Shown here: piece by piece, positions 56,537-64,000 of the stretch | How positions within the stretch are numbered: position 1 is the stretch's first letter | Layout: the number at the start of each line of letters is the position of its first letter | Assembly: GCA_964567755.1 (NCBI GenBank) | Contig: CAZMNW010000061.1 | Coordinates: 4,890 to 68,889 of the forward strand | Reading direction: 5' to 3' | Source: an uncultured bacterium | Lineage (GTDB): Bacteria; Krumholzibacteriota; Krumholzibacteriia; G020349025 | DNA: 64,000 bases | Made by a program: the position numbers and the translations under genes | The notes under the pieces: generated by a model | Database searches by the model: none | What the model was told of the DNA's origin: nothing | The model's input: the letters and a program-made list of their open reading frames with translations, nothing else

Positions 56537-56764
56537 TCAACCGCCGCGGATGTGCGGCATGAGCAAAGTCTCGGTGCCAGGCTGCACGATGGGATCGCCC
56601 ACCACGGGCGACCCGTTCATGAACAGCTGGCCGTTGCGGTTCGAGATCCCCAGCCCCTCCAGCATTTCCGACAGCCGAATGGAGCTCGTTTCCGGCAAGG
56701 GCACTTCGTATTCGCCCTCCGCCAAAATGACGACACGAGCCGATGGTTTGGCGCTGGTCTGCAT
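56537..56764 (-). CDS. Ubiquitin-like beta-grasp protein ending in Gly-Gly
   Basis: 75 aa after GGAGGA; ...QLFMNGSPVVGDPIVQPGTETLLMPHIRGG-stop. Confidence 0.85.
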   Translation of the reverse strand: MQTSAKPSARVVILAEGEYEVPLPETSSIRLSEMLEGLGISNRNGQLFMNGSPVVGDPIVQPGTETLLMPHIRGG

Positions 56765-57129
56765 CCTCATTCCTCCCAAATTTGCGCGGCGTGTTTTTCG
56801 GCACACTTGCGAGTGCGTGTGCAAACAACTCTGACGGCTCCATCATGCATGCCAGCGCGCTCGAATCCTCTTTCTCAGATTGGCTCTCAAGAAAACTCAG
56901 AAGTGCGCGATCTGGTGTCCCGAAAAAAGGACGTGTAGACATGACACACTCGGTGTCGATACACACCGGCGCTGTGGAAATCTGCCCACGAACACGAGTC
57001 AATGCACACAAACGCGGGGACTTCGCGGTGCTCTTGATCGACGGCGAGTCTTCTGGTAAACAAAGCAAGCGCGGCCCGCGCACGGAGACATTGCAATGCG
57101 TATGTACGCTTCGGCGAAGGGGCTTGGTC

Positions 57130-58203
57130 ATGCCGTCCGTCCACACCTTCAACCAGAGAACGCGCACCACCCACAAGTCGCTGGAAGAACTACTGAAGCT
57201 GCACGAAAAGGTGACACCGATGCAGCTGGCCGCGAAGCTCTATCCCGAAGAGGCGGCGCTCTTGGAGGAGATCGTGGCGTTCTTGGACTCGGTTCCTGAT
57301 GCGATCCAAAGGCTGCAGCCCGACGACTTGAAGCTCCTGCGCGCGATCGCCGAAGAGCTCGAAAACGGGCGACGCCGCAGTCGCCCGCTCAAGATTCTCG
57401 CGCGCAAGATCCTGTGCGCACCCAGCAGCGACTTCCAGGTGGAAAAAGCGCACGCCGCGCGCCTGAGGGATCTCTTCGAACAAGCTCTGGTGCAGGACGT
57501 GCAAACGCGCGTGCATGAGCTGCGCCTGCAGCTGCCGACACTGGGGACCGACGACCATGGACAGACGCTCACGGTGTCACGGTCGCCCTATCGTCTGCTG
57601 CGCGTCGATTGGACCTTGAGCGACGAGGACATGGTGGCCCTCGAAGCCGTGTATCCGATGTTCGACCGCCAAGCGTGGAAGGGCCCGCCGAGTTACATGG
57701 AAACCAAGGCGTTTCGCCTGGCGCAGGAGCGCCTGCGTTTCGCGCTCGCGACCGGCATGATCCTGGCGGATGACGGCACGCCGCTGCTGCAGCAGGGTGT
57801 GCGCAAGTGTTCGCTCAGCACCGCCGTGCGCGACCAGCTCGACTGGGTCGTCGAGGTGAGCGACAAGATGCAGCAGATTTTCGAAATCTTCTATGCTCCA
57901 TGCGCCACGGCGTGGGAACGCGATCGTTTCTATGCCCTGGCGGAATGGGCCGAACCGCACGCGGTGGACATCGTGCGTTTCATCTTGGCGTGCCGAAACG
58001 AGATCTTGCGGGTGATGAATGCCTTCTTCACCAGCATCGGCCAGAAGCCGTGGCCGGCGGTGCAGGGTCACGACTTCCCCCAACGGCTGGTGCCGCCCGG
58101 GAGGATTCCACAGCAGCCGTTCCTGGTCCTGCGCGACGACCTGCTGGCGATGCACCGGCGGCTGCGCGAGATCGGCGTCAATTACTTGTCGCGCGCGGCG
58201 TGA
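57130..58203 (+). CDS. Hypothetical helical protein divergent from the Ubl operon
   Basis: About 357 aa with protein-like composition; no motif recognised. Confidence 0.65.
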   Translation: MPSVHTFNQRTRTTHKSLEELLKLHEKVTPMQLAAKLYPEEAALLEEIVAFLDSVPDAIQRLQPDDLKLLRAIAEELENGRRRSRPLKILARKILCAPSSDFQVEKAHAARLRDLFEQALVQDVQTRVHELRLQLPTLGTDDHGQTLTVSRSPYRLLRVDWTLSDEDMVALEAVYPMFDRQAWKGPPSYMETKAFRLAQERLRFALATGMILADDGTPLLQQGVRKCSLSTAVRDQLDWVVEVSDKMQQIFEIFYAPCATAWERDRFYALAEWAEPHAVDIVRFILACRNEILRVMNAFFTSIGQKPWPAVQGHDFPQRLVPPGRIPQQPFLVLRDDLLAMHRRLREIGVNYLSRAA

Positions 58204-58303
58204 GCGCGGGGGCGAACCACCTCGGTCTCGGCTCCTGTTTCGCCAGCGAGAGTCGCGCACGCTACAGTGAATGCAGCCACCGGCGACGCGACGAGGAGAA
58301 CCG

Positions 58304-58999
58304 ATGCGCATGCACGTGGGCACGAGTGGCTACTCCTACAAGGAGTGGAAGCCGGCGTTCTATCCGCAAGAGCTCGCCTCGACTGCGATGCTGCGCTTCT
58401 ATGCCGAGCGGCTCGACACCGTCGAGATCAACAACACCTTCTACCGCATGCCGTCGAAGAAGGTCTTGCAAGGTTGGTGCGCCGAGGTTCCGCCATTTTT
58501 CCGTTTCGCGGTGAAGGCGACGCGGCGCGTCACGCACTTCAAGCGTCTGCGCGATGTGGGCAGCGAGCTGGATTTTCTCTTCGGGAATCTGGCGGCGCTC
58601 GAAGGCCGACTGGGGCCGGTGCTGTTCCAGCTGCCGCCGAATCTCGGCATCGACATGCCGCTGTTACAGGACTTCCTGGCCCAGGTGCCGCCCCACATCC
58701 AGAGCGTGCTGGAGTTTCGCGAGCCGTCCTGGTTCGACGACACGGTGTTTTCTTTGTTGCGGCAGAACGGTGTCGCCTTGTGTGCGATGGAGGAAGAGGA
58801 GGCGGAGGCGCGCGTCGTCCCGACCACCAATTTCGGCTACTTCCGCCTGCGGCGCGAGCGCTATTCCGCCGCGGAGCTCGAATCCTGGGTGGACCGCATC
58901 CGTGCCCAGCCGTGGGACGAAACTTTTGTCTACTTCAAACACGACACCGCCGCCCCGAACCTCGCCTTGGATTTCGTGCGCGCAACGCGCGGCGAATGA
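58304..58999 (+). CDS. DUF72 family protein
   Basis: VGTSGYSYKEW, VEINNTFYRMP, LFQLPP and EFR..SW. Confidence 0.95.
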   Translation: MRMHVGTSGYSYKEWKPAFYPQELASTAMLRFYAERLDTVEINNTFYRMPSKKVLQGWCAEVPPFFRFAVKATRRVTHFKRLRDVGSELDFLFGNLAALEGRLGPVLFQLPPNLGIDMPLLQDFLAQVPPHIQSVLEFREPSWFDDTVFSLLRQNGVALCAMEEEEAEARVVPTTNFGYFRLRRERYSAAELESWVDRIRAQPWDETFVYFKHDTAAPNLALDFVRATRGE

Positions 59000-59028
59000 T
59001 GCGATGTCGCGCAGCTCGACCCGGAGCC

Positions 59029-59057
59029 TTGACCGGTGAGTGCTGCGGCGGCATGAT
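59029..59057 (+). promoter_or_regulatory. Putative sigma70 promoter of the disulfide oxidoreductase gene
   Basis: TTGACC-17 bp-CATGAT, 21 nt upstream of the ATG. Confidence 0.55.
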
Positions 59058-59078
59058 GCAGTCAGAGGTGCGAAGATC

Positions 59079-59729
59079 ATGATGCTACAGGAACGAGATC
59101 GTCAAGCGGTGCGCCAGCGGCTCGCGGACTTGGCCAAGCCCGTGCGACTCGTCAATTTCACCCAGGAACTGGAGTGCGAGTTCTGCAGGGAGACGCGGAC
59201 GCTGCTCGAGGAAGTCGTATCCCTCTCGGACAAAGTGAGCTTGGAGGTTTACAACTTCCAGACCGACCGCGATCAACGCGATGCCTACGGCATCGACAAG
59301 ATTCCTGCCACGGTGGTGATGAGCGAGAATGACCTAGGGATCCGTTTCTACGGCATTCCTTCCGGTTACGAGTTCGCCTCGCTCCTGGACACGATGTTGT
59401 TGGTCGCAAGCGGCGACAGTGGTTTGGCGCCGGAAACACGCACGCGACTGGCCCAGCACCAGAAGCCGCTGCATCTCGAGGTGTTCGTCACTCCGACTTG
59501 ACCGCACTGTCCGCGAGCCGTGCTGCTCGCCAACGCCTTCGCGATCGAAAGCATGCTCGTGCGCGTCGACTGCATCGAGGCCACGGAATTCCCGCACCTG
59601 GCGCAGCGCCATCGCGTCATGGGTGTGCCGAAGACAGTGGTGAACGCCACCGGCGGTGTCGAAGGTGCCATGCCCGAGTCGCATTACCTCGACGCCGTGC
59701 TCGCCGCCGCCGAAGCGCAAGCCTCCTGA
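59079..59729 (+). CDS. Two-domain glutaredoxin-like protein disulfide oxidoreductase (PDO/AhpF-NTD-like), probable selenoprotein (UPHC)
   Basis: CEFC in domain 1. In-frame TGA 59499-59501 in FVTPT-TGA-PHC, continuing to GVPKTVVN. GIPSGYEF motif. Confidence 0.88.
59513..59530 (+). promoter_or_regulatory. Candidate bacterial SECIS hairpin
   Basis: GCGAGC-CGTGCT-GCTCGC; loop begins 17 nt after the UGA, with G then U near its 5' side. Confidence 0.6.
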
Positions 59730-59793
59730 TCCAAGCCCCGGATCGGGGTGGGGTCGAAACGGGAGTGCTTGCGGCGCCAACGGGGCTCGCTTT

Positions 59794-60723
59794 TCACTTC
59801 TTCCATGCACGAATCTTTGTCGAAATCACGGCGTCAGCCGCCGCGTCGCGCAACTCGTCTCCGAGACCGGTCGCGCAACCGGCGTAGGATTTTTCCTCGA
59901 CAATCTCGACGCGCGAGAACCCCGCGTCGCGGACCATCTGGACGTAGTCGTCGCGGAGTGCGGCTCCTGCGACGCAGCCGACGTAGGCCTCGACGGAGGC
60001 CTTCACCGCCGGCGGCAGCGGGCGCAGGAGCACGAGATCGCTCACCACCAGTCGGCCGCCGGAGCGCAACACGCGCAGGGACTCGCGAAAGACCTGCGGC
60101 TTGTCCGGAGACAAGTTGATGACGCAGTTCGAGATGATGACGTCGACGCTGGAGTCGGCCACTGGCAGATGCTCGATCTCGCCGAGACGGAACTCGATGT
60201 TGTCGATTCCCACCTTGCGCGCATTCAGCCGCGCGCGTTCGATCATGTCGGGTGTCATGTCGACGCCGAGAACGCGACCCGAGGGCCCGACCTCGCGGGC
60301 GGCGAGGAACGCATCCATCCCTGCCCCGGAGCCCAAGTCGAGCACGGTCTCGCCGGCGCCGAGGTGCGCGTGTGCCAGGGGATTGCCGCAGCCGAGCCCG
60401 AGGTTGGCACCCTCGGGGATGGCCCGAGCCTGTTCGGGGCTGTAGCCCAACTGCTCCGGATTCTCGACCACGCTGGTGCCGCAGCAGCCAGGGGACTCGG
60501 CGCGCGCAATCTGAGCGTACCTGTCGCGGACCAGACGATGGATGTCCATCTCCGAGGTCAGCGCGATCTCTTGTCCAGGCGCCGGGGCAGAGGCGTCGCA
60601 ACAAGCCGACGCCGTATCTTTGGTGACGGCTGGCGCATCCGTAGTGTCGCTGCAACATGTTGGGGCGCAACAAGACTCGTTGGCGTCCGTCGTGTCCTTC
60701 ACGTGTGAATTCGTCGCATCCAT
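59794..60723 (-). CDS. arsM: Arsenite S-adenosylmethionine methyltransferase with a Cys-pair-rich N-terminal extension
   Basis: GCCG, ANLGLGCGNP, LDLGSGAG, IISNCVINL and YVGCVAGA. Confidence 0.93.
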   Translation of the reverse strand: MDATNSHVKDTTDANESCCAPTCCSDTTDAPAVTKDTASACCDASAPAPGQEIALTSEMDIHRLVRDRYAQIARAESPGCCGTSVVENPEQLGYSPEQARAIPEGANLGLGCGNPLAHAHLGAGETVLDLGSGAGMDAFLAAREVGPSGRVLGVDMTPDMIERARLNARKVGIDNIEFRLGEIEHLPVADSSVDVIISNCVINLSPDKPQVFRESLRVLRSGGRLVVSDLVLLRPLPPAVKASVEAYVGCVAGAALRDDYVQMVRDAGFSRVEIVEEKSYAGCATGLGDELRDAAADAVISTKIRAWKK

Positions 60724-60738
60724 GATTCTTCCTCCTTC

Positions 60739-61056
60739 TCAGAGTTCCTCGATGAGTGCCTGCAGCCGGCGGACGGTGGCGTCGTCGAGGCAGTAGCACA
60801 CGTGCGGCGGTTCCACTTCGCCGCGGATGAGACCCGCTTCCTTGAGCACCTTGAGATGCTGCGACACCGTGGACTGTGCCCGGGGTAGCTCATCGACCAA
60901 GTCGCCGCAGACGCACTCACCCCGCTGGCGCAGCGTGCGCAGGATTCGCAGTCGCAACGGATGTGCGATCCCGCGGGCGAGGCGCGCCAACTCCAGCTCC
61001 TCGCTGCTCCAACCGCTGGCGCGGCGAGCCGGTGTGTCTGGTCGCGAACGGCCCAT
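60739..61056 (-). CDS. arsR: ArsR/SmtB metalloregulator
   Basis: [34 protein letters not shown] and CYC. Confidence 0.93.
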   Translation of the reverse strand: MGRSRPDTPARRASGWSSEELELARLARGIAHPLRLRILRTLRQRGECVCGDLVDELPRAQSTVSQHLKVLKEAGLIRGEVEPPHVCYCLDDATVRRLQALIEEL

Positions 61057-61077
61057 GTGGCCACCCCCTTCAATCGT

Positions 61078-61114
61078 CAATCGTAAATATACGATTGGAT
61101 GCCGCGTGGGTCAA
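61078..61114 (-). promoter_or_regulatory. sigma70 promoter of arsR-arsM with overlapping palindromic operator
   Basis: Minus strand TTGACC-17-TATATT. CAATCGTA-AATA-TACGATTG (61078-61097) overlaps the -10 box. Confidence 0.8.
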
Positions 61115-61227
61115 GGGCTCGAAAGCGAGACTGGTCTCTCAATCGTCGGGCGCTAGCCGCTGGAATCATGGGGGCGGCGGATCGCCTGCCCCATGGTGGG
61201 CCCGATCCGACGACATCGGATGAACGC

Positions 61228-62544
61228 TCAACGCGCGCGGTAGAGTTCTTTCAGGTCGCCCCAGCCGGTGTCGCGCACCGCGGTGGGATTGCGGCGAATG
61301 CGATAAATGCTTCCCCCGTAGGAACAAACATAGACCCCATCCGGGCCCGTTTCCATGTCGGTGATGGTGCCGAAGCCACTGCCGATGCGGAAGGCGTTGC
61401 GCTCGGCGACACTGTCGGCGATGCGGTCGGACGTCTCGGGCGTTGGCATGATGAGGCTGGCACGATCTGCGCTCAGCTCGAAGCGATACAGAGTGCCCGT
61501 GTTGTTGTCGCCGACCAAGAGATCCTGCGCGTACTCCGGTCCGAGCACGCCGCCGCGCACGAAGTGCATGGCGGCGACGCCGACCGGCGCGCGCCATGAA
61601 AACTGCGGATCTTCGTAGCGGGATCCCGTCGCCACCCACAAATCGCCGAGACCTTGCGGATCCTCCGCATCAGGACCCATGATCTGTTCCCAACCGCTGT
61701 TGAAACCCGGGAGCACACGGTTGATCTCGTCGAAGACGGTCGGGCCGTTCTCGGTATCCCAGAGAACGGCGGTCGCGGGGTCGAAGTCGAGGCCGAAGCT
61801 GTTGCGGACCCCGTAGGCATAGACCTTGGCCATGTTGCCGCCGAGGCCGAAGAAGGGGTTGTCCGTGGGTGGGGAGCCATCGTCATTGACGCGAAACAGG
61901 ATCCCGGAATCGTCGGGGGCCGGGCCGGTCGGGTAATTCTCCAACTGGCCGTTGCGATTCAAGTCGCCAACCGCACCGTACAGCATGCCATCGGGCCCGA
62001 AGAGGATGACGCCGCCATCGTGGTTCGGACCCGGCGTGGCCGGCAGCGCCAGGATGAGCGTCGGCGCCGACAGACCGCCTCCATCCCAGACGTAGCGCTC
62101 TACCCGATGCGCGGCAACGGAGTTCTGGTCCGCATTGTCGATGGCTGTGCTGCTTGCGGAGTAGTAGACGTACACAGAATGGTTGCTCGCAAACGCCGGA
62201 TGCAAGGCGATCCCCAGTAAACCCCGCTCGCTACGGCTGTTCACCGCCAGGTCGAGCGCTGTGCCGACGATCATGCTGCCGCGAACGTGCATGACCCGGC
62301 CGGTTGCTTTCTCGCACACAAGGAACTCGAGCGGCTGCGCCGCCAGGCCCGGCAGCAGTGCCATGCTCGTGGGTTCCGCCAACGACGAGACTTGCAGTAT
62401 GACCTCGAGCGCAGGATCGACGACGGTTTGTGCCTGCGCCTTCGCCGCGAACACAGCAAACGCCGCCAAACTCAGGCGAAAAACCCACAGTGTCGAGAAC
62501 GGGAAGACACCATGGACGTGATGCGATCGCGTCGGTCGGATCAT
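61228..62544 (-). CDS. Secreted PQQ-dependent glucose/sorbosone dehydrogenase-family propeller with C-terminal W-G-x-L-K-x-L-Y tail
   Basis: ERGLLGIALHP, HDGG, YGVRNSFG, ENGP..FDEIN and GWEQIMG; ends PTAVRDTGWGDLKELYRAR. Confidence 0.9.
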   Translation of the reverse strand: MIRPTRSHHVHGVFPFSTLWVFRLSLAAFAVFAAKAQAQTVVDPALEVILQVSSLAEPTSMALLPGLAAQPLEFLVCEKATGRVMHVRGSMIVGTALDLAVNSRSERGLLGIALHPAFASNHSVYVYYSASSTAIDNADQNSVAAHRVERYVWDGGGLSAPTLILALPATPGPNHDGGVILFGPDGMLYGAVGDLNRNGQLENYPTGPAPDDSGILFRVNDDGSPPTDNPFFGLGGNMAKVYAYGVRNSFGLDFDPATAVLWDTENGPTVFDEINRVLPGFNSGWEQIMGPDAEDPQGLGDLWVATGSRYEDPQFSWRAPVGVAAMHFVRGGVLGPEYAQDLLVGDNNTGTLYRFELSADRASLIMPTPETSDRIADSVAERNAFRIGSGFGTITDMETGPDGVYVCSYGGSIYRIRRNPTAVRDTGWGDLKELYRAR

Positions 62545-62633
62545 GGTGTGGCGAGTCTAACCAAAACACAGCGGCGCGGCCACCGCAGGGTTGGCCGCGC
62601 CGCAGCAGGAGGTGTAGCGCCGTTGCGTGCTGG

Positions 62634-63305
62634 CTACTGGTAGAGGTGCTTGATCGTGCTCCAAGTCGCTTCGGTCAGCGCGACGAAGCCACATGAAGTG
62701 CCCGCGCACGTCGCGCTGTTCACGGCCGAAGTGAACGCCGCCGGTTCCTGCCCGCCGAGCGCCGGGTCGCCCTGCTGATAGGTCAAGCACACCTGCGTGA
62801 ACGCAGGCGCATCGCAGAGTTGCACCGAAGGGCACATGAACGATGGGTTGACCGGTGTATCGGTGCGCCGCACCACGAGCTGATGCTCGGTCGTCATCCC
62901 GAGCACGTGCACCGAGCCGAGGAGGACCTTGTCGCCCGCGAGGCCGGTCTGCGTCTGGCAGCTGCCGAACGACAGGTAGAGCCCGCCGCCGCTGCCGTTG
63001 TCCATGGGATCCCCGTTGGAGACGGAGACGCCACCAGCGGGATTCCAGCTGAAGTTGACGCCCGGGGCCGCAGGCTCGACGGACACTTTGAACTCGGCAC
63101 CGGTGACCCCGGCCGCCGTCGCGCCGCCGGTGACGGCGAAGATGTACAAGCGGCCATTGCCGGCGGCATTCATGGTGACACAACAGGCCGTGCCGGCGGC
63201 GTCACCGAACGCGCCGATATAGCCATTGTTGGGTGGTGCAGCGGCAGCGCTCCCCACGAGCGCCGAGCACAGGCCCACGAGGGCCAAGAACGACGAGCGA
63301 AGCAT
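62634..63305 (-). CDS. Secreted Cys-rich beta-sandwich protein with C-terminal TWSTIKHLY tail
   Basis: GGAGGT RBS; signal peptide; eight Cys; ends VALTEATWSTIKHLYQ. Confidence 0.8.
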   Translation of the reverse strand: MLRSSFLALVGLCSALVGSAAAAPPNNGYIGAFGDAAGTACCVTMNAAGNGRLYIFAVTGGATAAGVTGAEFKVSVEPAAPGVNFSWNPAGGVSVSNGDPMDNGSGGGLYLSFGSCQTQTGLAGDKVLLGSVHVLGMTTEHQLVVRRTDTPVNPSFMCPSVQLCDAPAFTQVCLTYQQGDPALGGQEPAAFTSAVNSATCAGTSCGFVALTEATWSTIKHLYQ

Positions 63306-63505
63306 CAACGCGACCTCCCTGTCGAACGGACGAGTTTCCAGACGCAGCACGAGCCCGTCGAGCTCGCACTCGACAACTGCTGAACAATCAGCGTGCCGGA
63401 TGACCTCGAGGAATGGGGAGTGACGCGGAGGAATCGAACACCGCGATGAGATCATATGCAGTGAATGCTTTTCGCAGCCGGGGAAGAAGATCGTGCATGG
63501 AACGG

Positions 63506-64000
63506 TCAGGGCTGGCAGTCGTTGCGCAGCAGGAGCGATAGGCCAAAGACCAGGCGTTGTTCGGCGAAATTCGCCACGGGATCTCCGAAGAAACGATCGT
63601 CGCGGTACTCGAGCCGAATGCCGGCGCGATCCCCCAGAAGGATCCTCGCACCCAGGTGCAGACCGACCGGGAAGCTCCACTCTGAAGCTTCCTGCTCCTG
63701 AGGGTCGGCAACACCAAGGACGTCATCGACAACGACGTTGGTCGTGATCCGGCCTTCGCGCTGTCGTGCGTGATGGCCAGGAAGCCGTGGCGCGTTTGAT
63801 GGCCGCGAAAGGGGTAAACTAATGGCCAGGTCCGGGCAACCACATTGGGGTTGCCCGCACCGCGGACGGATGGCGCGGTTCACCACCGAATGGCCGCGAT
63901 CGCCACCGGATAGTGCCACGTTCGCCGCCGCATGATCGCCACCGGAATGGCGTCGAACGGCGCCGATTCGCTGGTGGTTCGATGAAGGAGCCGCGTCATG
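63506..64000 (-). CDS. Possible 3' part of an outer-membrane beta-barrel protein running off the window edge
   Basis: Frame is open to the window end. The last ~70 aa (GLHLGARILLGDRAGIRLEYRD...LVFGLSLLL) look like barrel strands; the upstream part is unconvincing. Confidence 0.35.
   Translation of the reverse strand, partial: HDAAPSSNHQRIGAVRRHSGGDHAAANVALSGGDRGHSVVNRAIRPRCGQPQCGCPDLAISLPLSRPSNAPRLPGHHARQREGRITTNVVVDDVLGVADPQEQEASEWSFPVGLHLGARILLGDRAGIRLEYRDDRFFGDPVANFAEQRLVFGLSLLLRNDCQP

Noticed and set aside
54168-56764. Ordinary thiS-thiF or moaD-moeB biosynthetic pair
   Set aside because: No thiG, moaE or tRNA-thiolation genes are in the window, the E1 lacks Zn-binding CxxC pairs, and two extra genes intervene. 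Not fully excluded, so it is kept as the refuting alternative.
47376-59729. Genome-wide TGA reassignment (code 4 or 25) as the cause of the in-frame TGAs
   Set aside because: Many clear genes end in TGA with ATGA/GTGA/TTGA overlaps (parE pair, coxA-coxC, proC). Read-through is needed only at CxxC positions.
59730-59796. Sec read-through of the arsM TGA stop
   Set aside because: The downstream frame has no Cys-like motif or plausible conserved extension, and ArsM is already complete.
1-64000. tRNA (including selC), rRNA, CRISPR array, transposase or integrase
   Set aside because: No cloverleaf, rRNA-like segment, periodic repeat or DDE/tyrosine-recombinase motif was recognised by eye. tRNAscan-SE and barrnap would be needed to confirm.
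63780-64000. Repeated GATCGCCACCGGA (two copies near 63898 and 63934) as a functional repeat
   Set aside because: Only two short copies at the window edge, probably coding repeats of the partial ORF; cannot be interpreted without flanking sequence.

Overview
GC-rich bacterial chromosomal window with standard code-11 genes. The mix of FlgD-Ig-tailed and W-x-x-[VLI]-K-x-L-[FY]-tailed secreted proteins suggests a Latescibacterota/Krumholzibacteriota/Eisenbacteria-like diderm (inference, not verified). Housekeeping content: haem synthesis (hemL, hemE, hemN, hemG/Y, hemH), mqnC, an A-type cytochrome c oxidase operon, rpiA, proC, an aconitase-family enzyme and many exported or outer-membrane proteins. 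No rRNA, tRNA, CRISPR array or transposase was recognised. Main points of interest: (1) a compact operon of a ubiquitin-like protein ending in IRGG, a putative E2-like protein, an unknown protein and a ThiF/E1 enzyme (56764 to 54168), with no JAB peptidase; (2) two thioredoxin-fold genes that the ORF track splits at an in-frame TGA lying at the first Cys of the CxxC motif, i.e. probable selenoproteins, one exported and one next to arsR-arsM; (3) four unrelated secreted proteins sharing a short C-terminal motif that looks like a protein-sorting signal; (4) an HTH/EgtD-like methyltransferase fusion beside a sigma54-type PEP-CTERM gene whose start region is tandemly duplicated; (5) a MacB/LolCDE-type ABC operon in which one permease appears split, with its N-half fused to a lipocalin/AttH-like domain. 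Start codons were re-picked from RBS and overlap evidence and are approximate. All family calls come from motif recognition, not database searches.
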